Source: Terriglobia bacterium
GTDB taxonomy: Bacteria; Acidobacteriota; Terriglobia; Acidiferrales; UBA7541
Direction of reading: 5' to 3'
Assembly (NCBI GenBank): GCA_963695545.1
Contig: OY968796.1
Span: 2,304,001-2,368,000 of the forward strand
Length of the DNA stretch: 64,000 nt
Below the pieces are notes generated by a model. The model saw nothing but the letters and a program-made list of their open reading frames with translations. It was not told the origin of the DNA and made no database searches. The position numbers and the translations under genes were made by a program. Below, one piece after another: positions 39,425 to 51,238 of the stretch (the stretch's first letter is position 1; each line of letters opens with the position of its first letter).

Positions 39425-40102
39425 TTGGGTCAGAAGACACATCCCTACGGATTTCGGCTGGGCTACAACAAGGCTTGGAAGTCGCGCTGGTACGCCGATC
39501 GCGATTACGCCAACTTGTTGCACGAAGACGTCGTGCTGCGCCGCCAATTGAAAGATCGCCTGAAAGCCGCGGGAATCAGCTCGATTGAAATCGAGCGCGC
39601 CGCCAACAAATTGTTGATCCGGCTCTACACCGCGCGGCCCGGCATCATCATCGGCCGCAAAGGCTCGGAAATTGAAAAGCTGAAGACCGAAGTTCAAAAA
39701 CGCACCAAGCGCGAAGTGCACATGGACATTCTTGAAGTTCACCGGCCGGAACTCGATGCGCAGCTCGTGGCCGAATCGATCGCGTTGCAACTTGAAAAGC
39801 GCGTGGCCTTTCGCCGCGCGATGCGCAAGGCCGTTGATTCTGCGCTGCGCTTCGGATGCAAGGGAATCAAAGTTCGTGTCGCGGGGCGCCTGAATGGCGC
39901 CGAGATCGCGCGCAAGGAATGGTATCTGCAAGGCCGCTTGCCGCTGCAAACGCTGCGCGCCGACATCGACTACGGTCTCGCTGAGGCGCACACGTCATAC
40001 GGCGTGATCGGCGTGAAATGCTGGATCTATCAGGGCGAAAGCATTCCGCAGCGTGGAAATAGCGCCGGCAGCAAGGGCAAAGAAACCGTCGCCGCGGATT
40101 GA
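39425..40102 (+). CDS. rpsC: 30S ribosomal protein S3
   Basis: [33 protein letters not shown] start after GGAGG. Confidence 0.97.
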   Translation: MGQKTHPYGFRLGYNKAWKSRWYADRDYANLLHEDVVLRRQLKDRLKAAGISSIEIERAANKLLIRLYTARPGIIIGRKGSEIEKLKTEVQKRTKREVHMDILEVHRPELDAQLVAESIALQLEKRVAFRRAMRKAVDSALRFGCKGIKVRVAGRLNGAEIARKEWYLQGRLPLQTLRADIDYGLAEAHTSYGVIGVKCWIYQGESIPQRGNSAGSKGKETVAAD

Positions 40103-40145
40103 TTCGGCGAACCGAACTTATTAAAGATTCTTAAGGACCACGACG

Positions 40146-40562
40146 ATGTTGATGCCCAAGAAAGTGAAGTATCGCAAACAGCAGCGCGGTCGCCGCGCCG
40201 GCAAAGCCTGGCGCGGAGGCACGCTCGCGTTCGGCGAGTACGGCTTGAAAGCCATGGAGCCGGCTTGGATCACCGACCGCCAAATCGAAGCGGCGCGCGT
40301 GGCCATCACGCGTTTCATCAAGCGCGGCGGAAAACTTTGGATTCGCATTTTCCCGGACAAGCCTTTCACCAAGAAGCCCGCGGAAACCCGCATGGGCAAA
40401 GGCAAAGGCGCGCCGGAGCGCTGGGTCGCGGTCGTAAAGCCCGGCCGCGTGATGTTTGAAATGTCGGGTGTCGATTTGGCGACGGCTACCGAAGCTATGG
40501 AGCTCGCGGCGCACAAACTGCCCATTCATACGCGCTTCGTCAGCCGCGCGGGGAGTCTCTGA
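40146..40562 (+). CDS. rplP: 50S ribosomal protein L16
   Basis: [25 protein letters not shown]. Confidence 0.98.
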   Translation: MLMPKKVKYRKQQRGRRAGKAWRGGTLAFGEYGLKAMEPAWITDRQIEAARVAITRFIKRGGKLWIRIFPDKPFTKKPAETRMGKGKGAPERWVAVVKPGRVMFEMSGVDLATATEAMELAAHKLPIHTRFVSRAGSL

Positions 40563-40774
40563 TGCCGCGCAGAGCCGAGAAATTGCACGATCAGAATACC
40601 AGCGAGTTGCAAGCGCGCGAAAAGGAACTCGCCGAGCAGATGTTTCGCCTGCGCTTTCAGATCACTTCGGGCCAGGCGGAAGCGGTCACGAAATTGCGCA
40701 TCGCACGCAAAGATTTGGCGCGCGTAAAAACCGTGCTGCGAGAGCGTGAATTGAGGGAAGCGCATGCCCACTGA
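40562..40774 (+). CDS. rpmC: 50S ribosomal protein L29
   Basis: FRLRFQ...GQ, RKDLARVKT; synteny. Confidence 0.95.
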   Translation: MPRRAEKLHDQNTSELQAREKELAEQMFRLRFQITSGQAEAVTKLRIARKDLARVKTVLRERELREAHAH

Positions 40775-41063
40775 AACAAACACACAGCCCGTCGCCGCGC
40801 CGGTGCGCCCGCCGCGCCAGCAGCTTGTCGGCATCGTCACCAGCTCGAAGATGCAGAAGACCATCGTCGTCAAGGTCGCGCGTTTGGTCAGGCACCGCAT
40901 CTATCAGCGCGTGATCAAGAAGACCAAGAAATTTTACGCGCACGATGAAGAAGGCGAAGCGCGCGTTGGCGATCGCGTGCGCATTGTTTCCACGCGCCCG
41001 CTCTCGAAGCTGAAGCGCTGGCGCTTGGCGGAAGTGATTGCGCGCAAAAATAGGGCCGCTTAG
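40764..41063 (+). CDS. rpsQ: 30S ribosomal protein S17
   Basis: KMQKTIVV, AHDE, RPLSKLKRW. Confidence 0.96.
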   Translation: MPTETNTQPVAAPVRPPRQQLVGIVTSSKMQKTIVVKVARLVRHRIYQRVIKKTKKFYAHDEEGEARVGDRVRIVSTRPLSKLKRWRLAEVIARKNRAA

Positions 41064-41108
41064 CTCGCGCGAGCGCGCTAACCGAACGGATCGGGTGAGG
41101 AGCAGCAA

Positions 41109-41477
41109 ATGGTTCAGATGAGAAGTTGGTTGACGGTGGCCGATAATTCCGGTGCGCGTCGCCTGATGTGTATTTTGCCGCTTGGCGGAGACGCTGGCAG
41201 CCGCGCCGGTCTCGGCGACGTCATAACCGCGTCGGTCAAGGAAGCGGCGCCGGACAGCCCGATCAAGAAGGGCAAAGTTGTGCGCGCCGTTGTCGTGCGC
41301 ACGCGCAAAGAGCATCGCCGTCGCGATGGCACCTACATTCGCTTTGACGACAATGCCGCCGTGCTGATCAACGACGCGAACGAACCCGTCGGCACGCGCG
41401 TGTTCGGCCCGGTCGCGCGCGAACTACGCGGAAAAAAATTCGCCAAAATCGTTTCGCTGGCGCCGGAAGTTTGGTGA
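41109..41477 (+). CDS. rplN: 50S ribosomal protein L14
   Basis: [24 protein letters not shown]. Confidence 0.98.
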   Translation: MVQMRSWLTVADNSGARRLMCILPLGGDAGSRAGLGDVITASVKEAAPDSPIKKGKVVRAVVVRTRKEHRRRDGTYIRFDDNAAVLINDANEPVGTRVFGPVARELRGKKFAKIVSLAPEVW

Positions 41478-41491
41478 GGGATTAGGCAAAC

Positions 41492-41842
41492 ATGAAGAAC
41501 CGATTCGTGCAAACACCCTCCGCGGCCGGATTGCGCAAAGGAGATCAAGTGCGCGTCATGGCCGGGCGGGACAAAGGGAAAGAAGGCCGCGTGCTCTTCG
41601 TCGACGCGCGGCGCCGACGCGTCACCGTCGAGCACGCCAACATGATCAAGCGTGCCACGCGCGCCGATTCCTCGAAGAATATCAAGGGCGGCGTGGTTGA
41701 ACGCGAAGCGTCGATCGACATCTCGAACGTGATGATTGTTTGCCCGTCGTGCAACAAGCACGCGCGCATCGGCCGCAAAGAAATGCCGGATGGCACCACG
41801 GTTCGAGTTTGCCGCCGCTGCGGCACAACGCTCGAGAAGTAA
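41492..41842 (+). CDS. rplX: 50S ribosomal protein L24 (with two CxxC)
   Basis: KGDQVRVMAGRDKG, EASIDISNV, CPSC...CRRC. Confidence 0.96.
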   Translation: MKNRFVQTPSAAGLRKGDQVRVMAGRDKGKEGRVLFVDARRRRVTVEHANMIKRATRADSSKNIKGGVVEREASIDISNVMIVCPSCNKHARIGRKEMPDGTTVRVCRRCGTTLEK

Positions 41843-41875
41843 CGAATTAAGAAGAAGGGCAGGAGACAGTACGCG

Positions 41876-42418
41876 ATGATCAGCAGAATGCAACAGCGCT
41901 ACCGCACCGACGTCGTTCCGGCGTTGATGAAGCGCTTTGGACTGAAAAATCCGATGGCCGTGCCCAAAGTCGCCAAAGTCGTCGTCAATATTGGCTTGGG
42001 CGAAGCCAGCCAGAACGTCAAGTTGCTCGACGTTGCGGCGCTTGAGCTTGGCCAGATCACCGGGCAACGCGCGGTCGTCACCCGCGCCAAGAAGTCCATC
42101 GCGAATTTCAAAATTCGCCGCGGCATGCCGATCGGCTGTTGCGTCACTTTGCGCGGCGATCGCATGTACGAATTCCTGGACCGCCTGTGCAACGTAGTCC
42201 TGCCGCGTGTGCGCGATTTCAAGGGCCTTTCGCCCAACGCGTTCGATGGCCGCGGCAATTTCACTCTCGGCCTGAAGGACCAGCTTGTGTTTCCGGAAAT
42301 TGACTACACGCGCGTGGGCAAGATCAAGGGGATGAACATCACCCTCACCACCACCGCGAAAAATGACGAGGAAGGCCGCGAGCTGCTGCGCCTGTTGGGC
42401 GTGCCGCTGCGCACCTAA
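41876..42418 (+). CDS. rplE: 50S ribosomal protein L5
   Basis: [30 protein letters not shown]. Confidence 0.97.
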   Translation: MISRMQQRYRTDVVPALMKRFGLKNPMAVPKVAKVVVNIGLGEASQNVKLLDVAALELGQITGQRAVVTRAKKSIANFKIRRGMPIGCCVTLRGDRMYEFLDRLCNVVLPRVRDFKGLSPNAFDGRGNFTLGLKDQLVFPEIDYTRVGKIKGMNITLTTTAKNDEEGRELLRLLGVPLRT

Positions 42419-42430
42419 AAGGGAGAACCG

Positions 42431-42617
42431 ATGGCGCGATTGAGTCAATTCGCGAAGATGCGCAAGAAGCCGAAGTTCAAGGTGCGCGTGCGCAACCGCT
42501 GCCGCGTTTGCGGCCGTCCGCGCGGCTATCTGCGCAAGTTCCAGATGTGCCGCATCTGTTTCCGCGGCTTCGCGCTGCAAGGGCGAAATCCCCGGCGTCG
42601 TGAAAGCGAGCTGGTAA
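42431..42617 (+). CDS. rpsN: 30S ribosomal protein S14, Zn-type (one +1 frameshift near 42581 in this sequence)
   Basis: [11 protein letters not shown]...CRIC; removing one G from CAAGGGCGAA restores [11 protein letters not shown]. Confidence 0.93.
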
Positions 42618-42619
42618 GC

Positions 42620-43018
42620 ATGCAAACTGATCCGATCGCCGATCTGCTCACGCGCATTCGCAACGCAGTGCGCGCCAAGCACGCGCGTGTGGACGTGCCG
42701 GCTTCGCGCTTGAAAGTTGAAATCGCGCGCATTTTGAAAGAAGAAGGCTACATCTCGACCTACAAGCTGGTCGAAGAGAACAAAACGCGCCGGACGTTGC
42801 GCGTTTTTCTCAAGTACACCACCGATCGCCGCAGCGTGATCACCGATCTCAAGCGTGTCTCGCGCCCTGGCAGCCGCCGCTATACCGGCTCGTCGGAGAT
42901 TCGCGCGGTTGTCGGCGGCATGGGCATCAACATCTTGACCACGCCCAAGGGCCTGATGACCGGCCGCGCGGCGCGCAAAGCGCGCGTGGGCGGCGAATTG
43001 CTCTGCGAGGTCTGGTAG
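42620..43018 (+). CDS. rpsH: 30S ribosomal protein S8
   Basis: [30 protein letters not shown]; own ATG at 42620. Confidence 0.96.
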   Translation: MQTDPIADLLTRIRNAVRAKHARVDVPASRLKVEIARILKEEGYISTYKLVEENKTRRTLRVFLKYTTDRRSVITDLKRVSRPGSRRYTGSSEIRAVVGGMGINILTTPKGLMTGRAARKARVGGELLCEVW

Positions 43019-43028
43019 GCAAGAATCT

Positions 43029-43574
43029 ATGTCGCGCATCGGCAAACAACCCATTCCGATTCCCGCTGGCGTCAAAGTTCAGATCCAGCCGGGCGCGGTC
43101 GAAGTGCAAGGCCCGAAGGGCAAGCTCACGGTTCCTTTGCCGCGCGGCATCACGTTTGAGCAGAAGGGCACGGAACTTCTCGCTCTTCGCCAAAGCGACG
43201 AGCAGCGCGCGCTGCACGGTTTGGCGCGCGCCCTTGTCGCGAACGCCGTGCAAGGCGTCACCAAGGGTTTTCAGAAGGATCTCGATATCGTCGGCGTCGG
43301 CTATCGCGCTGAGCTCAAGGGTACGTTCGTGAATTTCAGCCTCGGCTATTCGCATCCGATCGAGTTCCCGATCCCGGCCGGTATCAACATCACCGTCGAG
43401 AAGCAGACGCATCTTCAGGTTTCGGGAGCGGACCGCGCGCGCGTCGGCCAAGTCGCGGCCGACATTCGCTCGCTGCGCCCGCCGGATCCATACAAGCAGA
43501 AGGGCATTCGCATCACCGGCGAACGCTTGAAGAAGAAGGCCGGCAAGGCCGGAGCGGCCAAGACGGGCGCTTAG
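43029..43574 (+). CDS. rplF: 50S ribosomal protein L6
   Basis: [26 protein letters not shown]. Confidence 0.97.
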   Translation: MSRIGKQPIPIPAGVKVQIQPGAVEVQGPKGKLTVPLPRGITFEQKGTELLALRQSDEQRALHGLARALVANAVQGVTKGFQKDLDIVGVGYRAELKGTFVNFSLGYSHPIEFPIPAGINITVEKQTHLQVSGADRARVGQVAADIRSLRPPDPYKQKGIRITGERLKKKAGKAGAAKTGA

Positions 43575-43600
43575 AGCCCGCCAGGACAAGGAGATTCGAC

Positions 43601-43981
43601 GTGGCATTGCAACCAGTTCGGAAACTTTCGCGGAACCTGCATCGCAAACGCATTCATCGCCGCGTGCGCGTTCGCGTCGAAGGCTCAACGGAGCGCCCGC
43701 GGCTTTCCGTGTATCGCTCGCTCGGACACATTTACGCGCAGGTCATCGACGATCAAACCGGGCGCACGCTCGCCTCGGCCAGCTCGCTCGATAAAGAGAC
43801 GCGCAAAGATCTCAAGGCCGGCGGCAACATCGCCGCGGCCAAGGTCATCGGCAAGAAAATCGCCGAGCGCGCTCGCGCCGCCGGCGTTGAGCTCGTGGTT
43901 TTCGATCGCGGCGGATACAAATATCACGGCAGGATCGCGGCCCTGGCCGCAGCGGCCCGAGAAGCGGGGTTGAAATTTTAA
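43601..43981 (+). CDS. rplR: 50S ribosomal protein L18
   Basis: [26 protein letters not shown]. Confidence 0.97.
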   Translation: MALQPVRKLSRNLHRKRIHRRVRVRVEGSTERPRLSVYRSLGHIYAQVIDDQTGRTLASASSLDKETRKDLKAGGNIAAAKVIGKKIAERARAAGVELVVFDRGGYKYHGRIAALAAAAREAGLKF

Positions 43982-43983
43982 GT

Positions 43984-44522
43984 ATGTCCAAACACATCCT
44001 ACGCGAGACTTTGTCGGTTCGGCGGCCCATCGAGGTCAGCGCAAACAATTTGAAGGACCAGGTCGTTTCGATCCAGCGCGTCACGAAAGTCGTCAAGGGC
44101 GGCAAGAACCTCAGCTTCTCCGCGCTCGTGGTTGTCGGCGATCAGCAGGGCCACGCCGGATTCGGCATGGGCAAGGCCCGCGAAGTCCCCATGGCCATTC
44201 GCAAGGCCATCGAGCAGGCCAAGAAAAATTTGCTGTCCGCTGAACCTCAAGGGCACCACGATCCCGCATCAGGTGATCGGCCTTTACGGTTCGGGGCAAG
44301 TGCTGTTGAAGCCCGCGCCTGAAGGCACCGGAATCATCGCCGGCGGCCCGGTGCGCGCGGTGATGGAAGTCGCTGGGATTCACAACGTGCTCACGAAATC
44401 GCATCGGCACGTCGAATCCGCACAACGTCATCAAGGCCACCTTCGATGCGCTGTTGCGCTTGAAGGACATCGACAAAGTTGCCGAGATTCGCTCGAAAAC
44501 GGTCGAAGAGCTGGGCAATTAG
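43984..44522 (+). CDS. rpsE: 30S ribosomal protein S5 (two +1 frameshifts near 44239 and 44402)
   Basis: RVTKVVKGG in one frame, [13 protein letters not shown] in a second, [12 protein letters not shown] in a third; length 539 = 537+2. Confidence 0.92.
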
Positions 44523-44544
44523 CGCAGGAACGAGGCGGCAGATC

Positions 44545-44736
44545 ATGGCGAAATCGAAAACCGGCACGGTGAAAATCAAGTGGGTGGTCAGCTTCATCGG
44601 CTGCCCTCGGCCCATGCGCTCGGCGATTCGCGGCCTCGGATTCCGCCGCATGCAGCAAGTCGTCGAGCGCGAGGACACGCCGTCGATTCGTGGAATGATT
44701 CACAAAGTGCGCCATCTTGTCGTCGTCGTTGAATGA
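44545..44736 (+). CDS. rpmD: 50S ribosomal protein L30
   Basis: [20 protein letters not shown]. Confidence 0.93.
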   Translation: MAKSKTGTVKIKWVVSFIGCPRPMRSAIRGLGFRRMQQVVEREDTPSIRGMIHKVRHLVVVVE

Positions 44737-44781
44737 TTTCGTCGTTGTCGTTGAACAAAGTTGACTAGGGGAATCGTCACC

Positions 44782-45230
44782 ATGGCAGTGAAACTCTCGA
44801 ATCTTCATCCGCCGCACGGCTCGCGCCACCGCAAGGTGCGCGTCGGCCGCGGCATCGGCTCGAAGCTCGGCAAAACGGCCGGCAAAGGCAACAAGGGCCA
44901 GAGCTCGCGCAAGGGTTTCTCGCAGCGTCCGGGATTCGAGGGCGGCCAGATGCCCCTGCATCGCCGCATGCCCAAGCGCGGCTTTCGCAGCCCGTTCGGC
45001 ACGCGTTTATTCGGTCGTGAACGTGGAGCAGCCTCAACGCCTTCGACGCCGGCGAGGATGTCACGCCCGAGCTTTTGCGCGCAGCGGGCTTGGTGCGTGG
45101 CCGAACTTCGAGCATCAAGATTTTGGGCGACGGCGATTTGACGCCGGGCCTCACGGTGCGCGCCCACGCCTTCAGTAAATCGGCTGCGGAGAAAATCGCC
45201 CGAGCCGGAGGGAAGGTCGAGGTCCTGTAA
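44782..45230 (+). CDS. rplO: 50S ribosomal protein L15 (two +1 frameshifts near 45007 and 45032)
   Basis: [24 protein letters not shown], then IKILGDG and FSKSA.EKI..AGG in shifted frames; length 449 = 447+2. Confidence 0.92.
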
Positions 45231-46649
45231 TGAACCAGTTTTTTGAAGCCTTCGCCAATATGTTCCGCATTCCGGACCTGCGCAAGCGGCTTCTATTCAC
45301 GTTGGCTATGCTGGCGGTTTACCGGCTCGGCGCGTTTCTTGCCGACGCCGGGAATCAACACCGACGTGTTGCAGCAGCTTTTTCAGTCAGAACCAGGGCT
45401 CGGTCCTGGGCATCATCGATCTGTTCAGCGGCGGCAATTTCCGCCGGCTCACGATTTTCGCGCTGGGCATCATGCCGTATATCACGGCATCGATTATCTT
45501 GCAGTTGATGACCGTGGTTTGGCCCTATCTCGAGACGCTTGCAAAAAGAAGGCGAGCTTGGCCGGCGCAAGATCACGCAGTACACGCGCTACTTGACGAT
45601 CGTCCTGAGCGTCGTGCAGTCGCTTTCGATCGCCGTCAACGCTCGAGCGCACTGGCGGCGGCCCCGGCGGCGCAGCTCTGGTGTACAACCCGGGTTGGTC
45701 CTTCACGCTGATGACCGTCCTGACGCTGACCACCGGCTCCGCCTTCATCATGTGGCTTGGCGAGCAGATCAGCGAGCGCGGCGTCGGCAACGGAATGTCT
45801 TTGATCATTTTCGCCGGCATCGTTGTCGGCCTGCCGCGCGCCGTGGGCGACCTTTGGGGCAAAGCGCGCACGGAGCAGTGGGGCCCGTTCACCGGTCTCG
45901 CGATTTTCGTGCTCCTCGCGCTCATGCTCGTGGTGATCGGCTTCATCGTGTTCGTGGAGGGTGGTCAGCGGCGCATCCCGGTGCAATACGCCAAACGTGT
46001 CGTTGGCCGGCGAGTGATGGGTGGTCAGATGACCTATCTGCCGCTGCGCGTGAATTCCGGCGGCGTGATTCCGCCGATTTTCGCCAGTTCGCTTCTGACG
46101 TTTCCCGGCACGCTCGATCTGTTTTTCGGCAAGAAGGTGGCCGTCGTCGACAATTTCGCCAAAGCTCTCGCCTGGGGCGAGCCGCTGTACACGCTGATTT
46201 ACGTCGTGCTGATCATTGTCTTCGCGTTTTTTTACGTCGGCATCGTGTTCAATCCCACGGAGCTTGCCGACAACATGCGCAAGTACGGAGGATTCATTCC
46301 CGGCATTCGCCCGGGACGCAACACCTCCGAACATATCGATCGGATTCTGCGCCGGCTCACTTTTGTCGGCGGCGTGTATCTCGCTGCGGTCTGTTTGTTG
46401 CCGGAATGGATGATCGCCGGAATCCATTTGCAGCATTTGCCCGGCGCTGTCGGCGCGTGGTTCGATAATCACATGTGGCGGTTCGTGCTCGAGGGCCTGA
46501 ACATTTCGTTCTATTTCGGCGGCACCTCGCTGCTCATCGTTGTCGGCGTCGCCATGGACACGGTGCAGCAGATCGAATCGCAGCTGGTGATGCGCAATTA
46601 CGAAGGCTTCGTCAAGAAGGGGAAGCTGCGGAGCAGGCGGTATGGCTGA
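45230..46649 (+). CDS. secY: Preprotein translocase SecY (four +1 frameshifts in the 5' third)
   Basis: [55 protein letters not shown]; length 1420 = 1416+4. Confidence 0.93.
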
Positions 46650-47334
46650 TCTGAGGCCCGGCGACGAGCTTCCGATCCGTAACCGCGCCATTATTCTTCT
46701 CGGGCCTCCCGGTGCGGGCAAAGGAACGCAAGCGCGGCGGTTGGCGGAGCGGTTTCACTTGCCGCAGCTCTCCACCGGAGACATGCTGCGCGAGCAGATC
46801 GCGAGCGGGAGCGAGCTGGGGAAGAAGGCCAAGCCCCTGATGGAACGCGGCGAGCTTGTGCCGGACGAAATTGTGCTGGGAATGGTGGAGCACAGAGTCA
46901 CCATGCCGGATTGCGCGAGAGGTTTCGTGCTCGATGGTTTTCCGCGCACGATTCCCCAGGCCGAATGCCTGGGCGAGATTTTGAAGCGATGCGGTTTCGG
47001 TCGGCCCGTGGTGCTGCACTTTGTGGTTGACGGCAATCGGTTGCTCGAGCGGCTCACCGGCCGCCGGATTTGCGCGGTGAACGGCGAGATTTACAACGTC
47101 TACGAGCGGCCGCCGAAAGTGCCCGGCCGCTGTGATAACGACGGCGGGGAACTTGTAGCGCGGCCCGACGATCGCGAAGAAGTGGTTCGGCCGCGTCTTG
47201 AGGCTTATCGCCGGAGAACCAAGGTGCTTGTGGAATATTACACGCACCAGGGCGTGCTTACGGACATTGACGCCGACGCCGCGCCGGACGCGGTCACGGC
47301 GCAGTTGGTGGAGATTCTGACGCGAGTGAACTGA
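46642..47334 (+). CDS. adk: Adenylate kinase
   Basis: GPPGAGKGTQ, STGDMLR, LDGFPR, RPDD. Confidence 0.96.
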   Translation: MADLRPGDELPIRNRAIILLGPPGAGKGTQARRLAERFHLPQLSTGDMLREQIASGSELGKKAKPLMERGELVPDEIVLGMVEHRVTMPDCARGFVLDGFPRTIPQAECLGEILKRCGFGRPVVLHFVVDGNRLLERLTGRRICAVNGEIYNVYERPPKVPGRCDNDGGELVARPDDREEVVRPRLEAYRRRTKVLVEYYTHQGVLTDIDADAAPDAVTAQLVEILTRVN

Positions 47335-47335
47335 A

Positions 47336-48106
47336 ATGATTGTTTGCAAGTCTCCGTCGGAGTTGGAAACGATGCACCGCGCTGGCCTTGTCGTTTGGGA
47401 CGTGCTCGATTCGCTGCGGCGCATGGTGAAGCCGGGAATGACGACAATGGAACTCGATCAATTCGCGGAGCGGCGGGCTGTCGAGCAGGAAGCGCGCCCG
47501 GCGTTCAAGAATTATCGCGGTTATCCGGCGTCGCTGTGCACTTCGGTGAATGAGCAAGTCGTGCACGGTATTCCGTCGGACCGGCGCTTGCGCGAAGGAG
47601 ACATTTTGTCGCTCGATTTCGGTGTCGAACTCGGCGGCTATTACGCCGATGCGGCCCTAACGGTCCCGGTCGGCGCGATTCGCCCGGAGCTCGAAAAACT
47701 GCTGGACGTCACGCGCGTCGCGCTCGGTCAGGCCATTGAGAAAGTTCGGCCCGGCAACCGTCTCGGCGAAGTTTCATCGTCCGTGCAGGAATGGGTGGAG
47801 CGCAACGGCTTTTCGATCGTGCGCGAATTCGTAGGCCACGGAATCGGAACGCGCATGCACGAAGAGCCCAACGTTCCGAATTACGGCGAGCCGGGCAAGG
47901 GCCCGAAGCTGCAAGAGGGCATGGTCTTCGCCATCGAGCCGATGGTCAACGCGGGTAAAGCCGATGTGCGCGTTCTTGAAGATCGCTGGACGGCCGTGAC
48001 CTCCGACGGAAGCTATTCGGCGCACTTTGAGCACACCGTCGCCGTCACCTCAAACGGCCCGTGGATCTTGACGCGGCCGCGCGAAGCCGCTGGGCCGGCC
48101 TGGTGA
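47336..48106 (+). CDS. map: Type I methionine aminopeptidase
   Basis: [35 protein letters not shown]. Confidence 0.97.
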   Translation: MIVCKSPSELETMHRAGLVVWDVLDSLRRMVKPGMTTMELDQFAERRAVEQEARPAFKNYRGYPASLCTSVNEQVVHGIPSDRRLREGDILSLDFGVELGGYYADAALTVPVGAIRPELEKLLDVTRVALGQAIEKVRPGNRLGEVSSSVQEWVERNGFSIVREFVGHGIGTRMHEEPNVPNYGEPGKGPKLQEGMVFAIEPMVNAGKADVRVLEDRWTAVTSDGSYSAHFEHTVAVTSNGPWILTRPREAAGPAW

Positions 48107-48122
48107 GAAGGGTAGAGAGATC

Positions 48123-48386
48123 ATGAGAAAACAACGGCCGCCGGACAAGCCGAAAGCTGACGCCGGCAACCCGAAAGAGGACGCCATCGAAGTGATGGCC
48201 ACGGTGATCGAGCCCTTGCCGAACGCGATGTTCCGCGTGCAGCTCGAAAATAAGCACAAGGTGCTTGCGCATATTTCCGGCAAGATGCGGAAAAATTTTA
48301 TTCGGATTCTCGCGGGAGACAAGGTCGCGGTCGAGCTTTCGCCCTACGACCTCACGCGAGGGCGCATCGTTTACCGCTACAAGTAA
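48123..48386 (+). CDS. infA: Translation initiation factor IF-1
   Basis: [28 protein letters not shown]. Confidence 0.97.
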   Translation: MRKQRPPDKPKADAGNPKEDAIEVMATVIEPLPNAMFRVQLENKHKVLAHISGKMRKNFIRILAGDKVAVELSPYDLTRGRIVYRYK

Positions 48387-48404
48387 GCGGCGCAAGGAGC
48401 AGCC

Positions 48405-48518
48405 ATGAAAGTCAGAGCATCGGTTAAAAAGATTTGCGACAAGTGCAAGGTGATTCACCGGCGCGGCGTTGTGCGCGTAATTTGCGTCAACCCGAAGCAC
48501 AAGCAACGCCAGGGCTAG
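48405..48518 (+). CDS. rpmJ: 50S ribosomal protein L36 (Zn-type)
   Basis: Manual translation [37 protein letters not shown]. Confidence 0.97.
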   Translation: MKVRASVKKICDKCKVIHRRGVVRVICVNPKHKQRQG

Positions 48519-48557
48519 TTAACAGATCGTCGGAAGAGAAACTGGGAGGAAGCATAG

Positions 48558-48944
48558 ATGGCACGCATCGCAGGCGTTGATTTACCGCCGCAAAAGCGGC
48601 TCTGGGTGGGTCTGACTTCGATCTATGGCATCGGTCTAAAGCGCGCGCAGTCGTTGTGCGCGAAGGCCAACGTCGAGGAAACCAAGAAGATCAAGGATCT
48701 CACCGAAGAAGAAGTCAATCGTCTCCGGCAGGCGATTGAATCCGAAGGCCGCGTCGAAGGGGATCTCCGCAAGGAGGTTCAGATGAACATTCGCCGGCTG
48801 ATTGAAATCCAGTGCTACCGCGGCCTGCGCCACCGGCGCAATCTGCCCGTGCACGGCCAGCGCACGCACACCAACGCTCGCACGCGCAAAGGTCCGCGCA
48901 AGGGCGCCGTGGCCGCGAAGAAGAAAGTCGCCGCCAGAAAATAG
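48558..48944 (+). CDS. rpsM: 30S ribosomal protein S13
   Basis: [30 protein letters not shown]. Confidence 0.97.
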   Translation: MARIAGVDLPPQKRLWVGLTSIYGIGLKRAQSLCAKANVEETKKIKDLTEEEVNRLRQAIESEGRVEGDLRKEVQMNIRRLIEIQCYRGLRHRRNLPVHGQRTHTNARTRKGPRKGAVAAKKKVAARK

Positions 48945-48974
48945 TTTTCAAGATTTAGCCGAGAGGGGAACGAA

Positions 48975-49424
48975 GTGGCCAAAGAACAAGTGCAGGACGC
49001 CGGAGCGCCAGCAGCTGCAGCGGCGAAATCTTCCAAGAAAAAGAAAGAGTTCAAGAAGAAGCGTGAACGGCGCATCGTGCCGCACGGCGTGGCGCACATC
49101 CAGGCCACGTTCAACAACACGATCGTCACAATTTGCGGACCTGACGGTCGCGCCGTCTGCTGGTCATCGGCCGGCTCGATCGGATTCAAGGGCTCGCGCA
49201 AAGGCACGCCGTATGCCGCGCAACAGGCTTCCATCACCGCGGCCGGTGTCGCCCGCGATCAGTACGGCATGAAAAGCATCGAAGTACGCCTCAAAGGCCC
49301 GGGCTCGGGCCGCGAATCTGCGGTTCGCGCGCTGGCTGCGGCCGGCCTGCACATCGTGCATATCAAGGACGTGACGCCCATTCCGCACAACGGTTGCCGT
49401 CCGCCAAAGCGCCGGCGCGTTTGA
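48975..49424 (+). CDS. rpsK: 30S ribosomal protein S11
   Basis: [35 protein letters not shown]. Confidence 0.97.
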   Translation: MAKEQVQDAGAPAAAAAKSSKKKKEFKKKRERRIVPHGVAHIQATFNNTIVTICGPDGRAVCWSSAGSIGFKGSRKGTPYAAQQASITAAGVARDQYGMKSIEVRLKGPGSGRESAVRALAAAGLHIVHIKDVTPIPHNGCRPPKRRRV

Positions 49425-49482
49425 AGCGCTCGGCAAAGTTTTTGTAACAGAAACGGTAGCAGAAACAAAAGGAGAGACGTCG

Positions 49483-50118
49483 TTGGCAAGACATCGAGAA
49501 GCGGTTTGCAGGCTCTGCCGTCGCGAAGGGCAGAAGCTATTTTTGAAAGGTCTACGTTGCTTCACCGAGAAGTGCGCCATCGAAAAGCGCAACTTCGTTC
49601 CCGGTCAGCACGGACAAACGCGCCGTGCGAAAAAGCTCGTCGGCTACGGCCTACAGTTGCGCGAAAAGCAGAAGGTCAAGCGCACCTATGGCCTGCTCGA
49701 GCGCCAGTTTCGCAACTATTTTGAAAAGGCCGAGCGCATGCAAGGCCCCACGGGCGAAAATCTGATCGTGATGCTCGAACGCCGCCTGGACAACGCGATT
49801 TGGCGCATGGGCGTTGCCAGCTCGCGCTCGCAAGGACGCCAGTTTGTTCTTCACGGCCACGTTCAGGTGAACGGCAAGAAGGTCAATATCCCCTCGTATC
49901 TGGTCAGTGTGGGCGAGGAGATCAGCCTGAAAGAAGACATGCATCAAAACGCCATGGTTCTTGAATCGCGCAACGTCGCGCAAAGCCAGAGCGGCGTGCC
50001 CTGGCTCGATCAGGATCGTGAAAAATTCAAAGCCAAGGTTGTCGCTTTGCCCAAGCGCGAAAATGTGCAAACGCCGCCCATCACCGAGCAGCTCATCGTC
50101 GAGCTTTACTCGAAGTAG
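49483..50118 (+). CDS. rpsD: 30S ribosomal protein S4 (Zn-type)
   Basis: CRLCRREG, PGQHG, QLREKQK, LERRLDN, IVELYSK; TTG start. Confidence 0.97.
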   Translation: MARHREAVCRLCRREGQKLFLKGLRCFTEKCAIEKRNFVPGQHGQTRRAKKLVGYGLQLREKQKVKRTYGLLERQFRNYFEKAERMQGPTGENLIVMLERRLDNAIWRMGVASSRSQGRQFVLHGHVQVNGKKVNIPSYLVSVGEEISLKEDMHQNAMVLESRNVAQSQSGVPWLDQDREKFKAKVVALPKRENVQTPPITEQLIVELYSK

Positions 50119-50188
50119 TCGGCTGCGCGCGCAAAAGTTTTTTGTCAGTTTGTCGGCCCCGCATTAGCGGGGAGGAAGGACGCAAACG

Positions 50189-51217
50189 ATGTGGAAAGGT
50201 TTTCAGAAACCAAAGAGGTTGGCGGCCGAACTCGAGTCGCTCACTGATAAGTACGGGAAGTTTTCGGCGCAGCCGTTTGAACGCGGATGGGGAACGACCG
50301 TGGGCAATTCGCTTCGGCGTGCCCTGCTCAGTTCAATCGAAGGGGCGGCCATCACGGCGGTCAAGATCGAAGGCGTGCTGCACGAATTTTCTTCGATCCC
50401 CGGCGTGGTTGAGGACGCGACCGACATCATCCTGAACTTGAAGCAGGTGCCGCTCAAGCTCAACAACGACCAGCCCAAGACGATTTTTCTGAACATCGAA
50501 AATCCGGGCGTGGTCACCTCGTCGGCGATTGAAGAGGACGCCGATTTTGCCGTCCTCGACAAGAACGTTTACATCGCCACCGTCAGCGAGGGCGGAAAAT
50601 TGCAGCTCGAGATGCGCGTCAAGAACGGCCGCGGTTACGTTGCCGCGGACCGCAACTTCGACGAAGACCTGCCCATCGGCTATATCCCGGTTGATTCGGT
50701 TCATTCGCCGGTGCGCAAGGTCAATTACTCGGTTGAAGCCGCGCGCCTGGGCCAAATGACCGATTACGAAAAGCTTTCGCTCGAGGTTTGGACCAACGGC
50801 GCGATCACGCCGCAGGATTCCATCGGCCTCGCCTCGAAGCTCGTGAAAGATCACATGAGCATCTTCATCAATTTTGAAGAGCAGCCGGAAATTAGCGAAG
50901 AATCCATCGAGCCCTACAACGATCCGCGCGTCGAGCACCTCGATCGCTCCGTCGAAGAGCTCGAGCTCTCCGTCCGCTCTTACAATTGCTTGAAGAACGC
51001 CAACATCCAGACCATTCGCGAACTCGTGCAGAAGAGTGAAAACGAAATGTTGAAGACCAAAAACTTCGGTAGGAAATCGCTCAACGAGATCAAGGAAATC
51101 CTGCAGAAGATGGGCTTGAGCCTGGGCATGAAATTCGACGAGCACGGCCGAATCATCTGGCCGCCGCTTCCGAGCCAGACCGCTCCGCCCACTCCGGAGG
51201 AATCGGCGGGCCTGTAA
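50189..51217 (+). CDS. rpoA: RNA polymerase alpha subunit
   Basis: [34 protein letters not shown]. Confidence 0.98.
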   Translation: MWKGFQKPKRLAAELESLTDKYGKFSAQPFERGWGTTVGNSLRRALLSSIEGAAITAVKIEGVLHEFSSIPGVVEDATDIILNLKQVPLKLNNDQPKTIFLNIENPGVVTSSAIEEDADFAVLDKNVYIATVSEGGKLQLEMRVKNGRGYVAADRNFDEDLPIGYIPVDSVHSPVRKVNYSVEAARLGQMTDYEKLSLEVWTNGAITPQDSIGLASKLVKDHMSIFINFEEQPEISEESIEPYNDPRVEHLDRSVEELELSVRSYNCLKNANIQTIRELVQKSENEMLKTKNFGRKSLNEIKEILQKMGLSLGMKFDEHGRIIWPPLPSQTAPPTPEESAGL

Positions 51218-51238
51218 TTCCGCGCGAACACTTTCCTT

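Noticed and set aside
42431..43018. Apparent S14-S8 fusion protein (195 aa) in the ORF track
   Set aside because: One extra G; the native S14 end ([11 protein letters not shown]) and the S8 ATG are both intact, and it lies in the error cluster
36866..43075. Long antisense ORFs (535, 280 and 580 aa) opposite r-protein genes, and similar ones opposite guaB and rpoA
   Set aside because: Shadow frames expected from high-GC codon bias; no recognisable motifs
43984..46649. rpsE, rplO and secY as pseudogenes or programmed frameshifts
   Set aside because: Essential genes, all breaks are +1, no other decay and no common slippery motif
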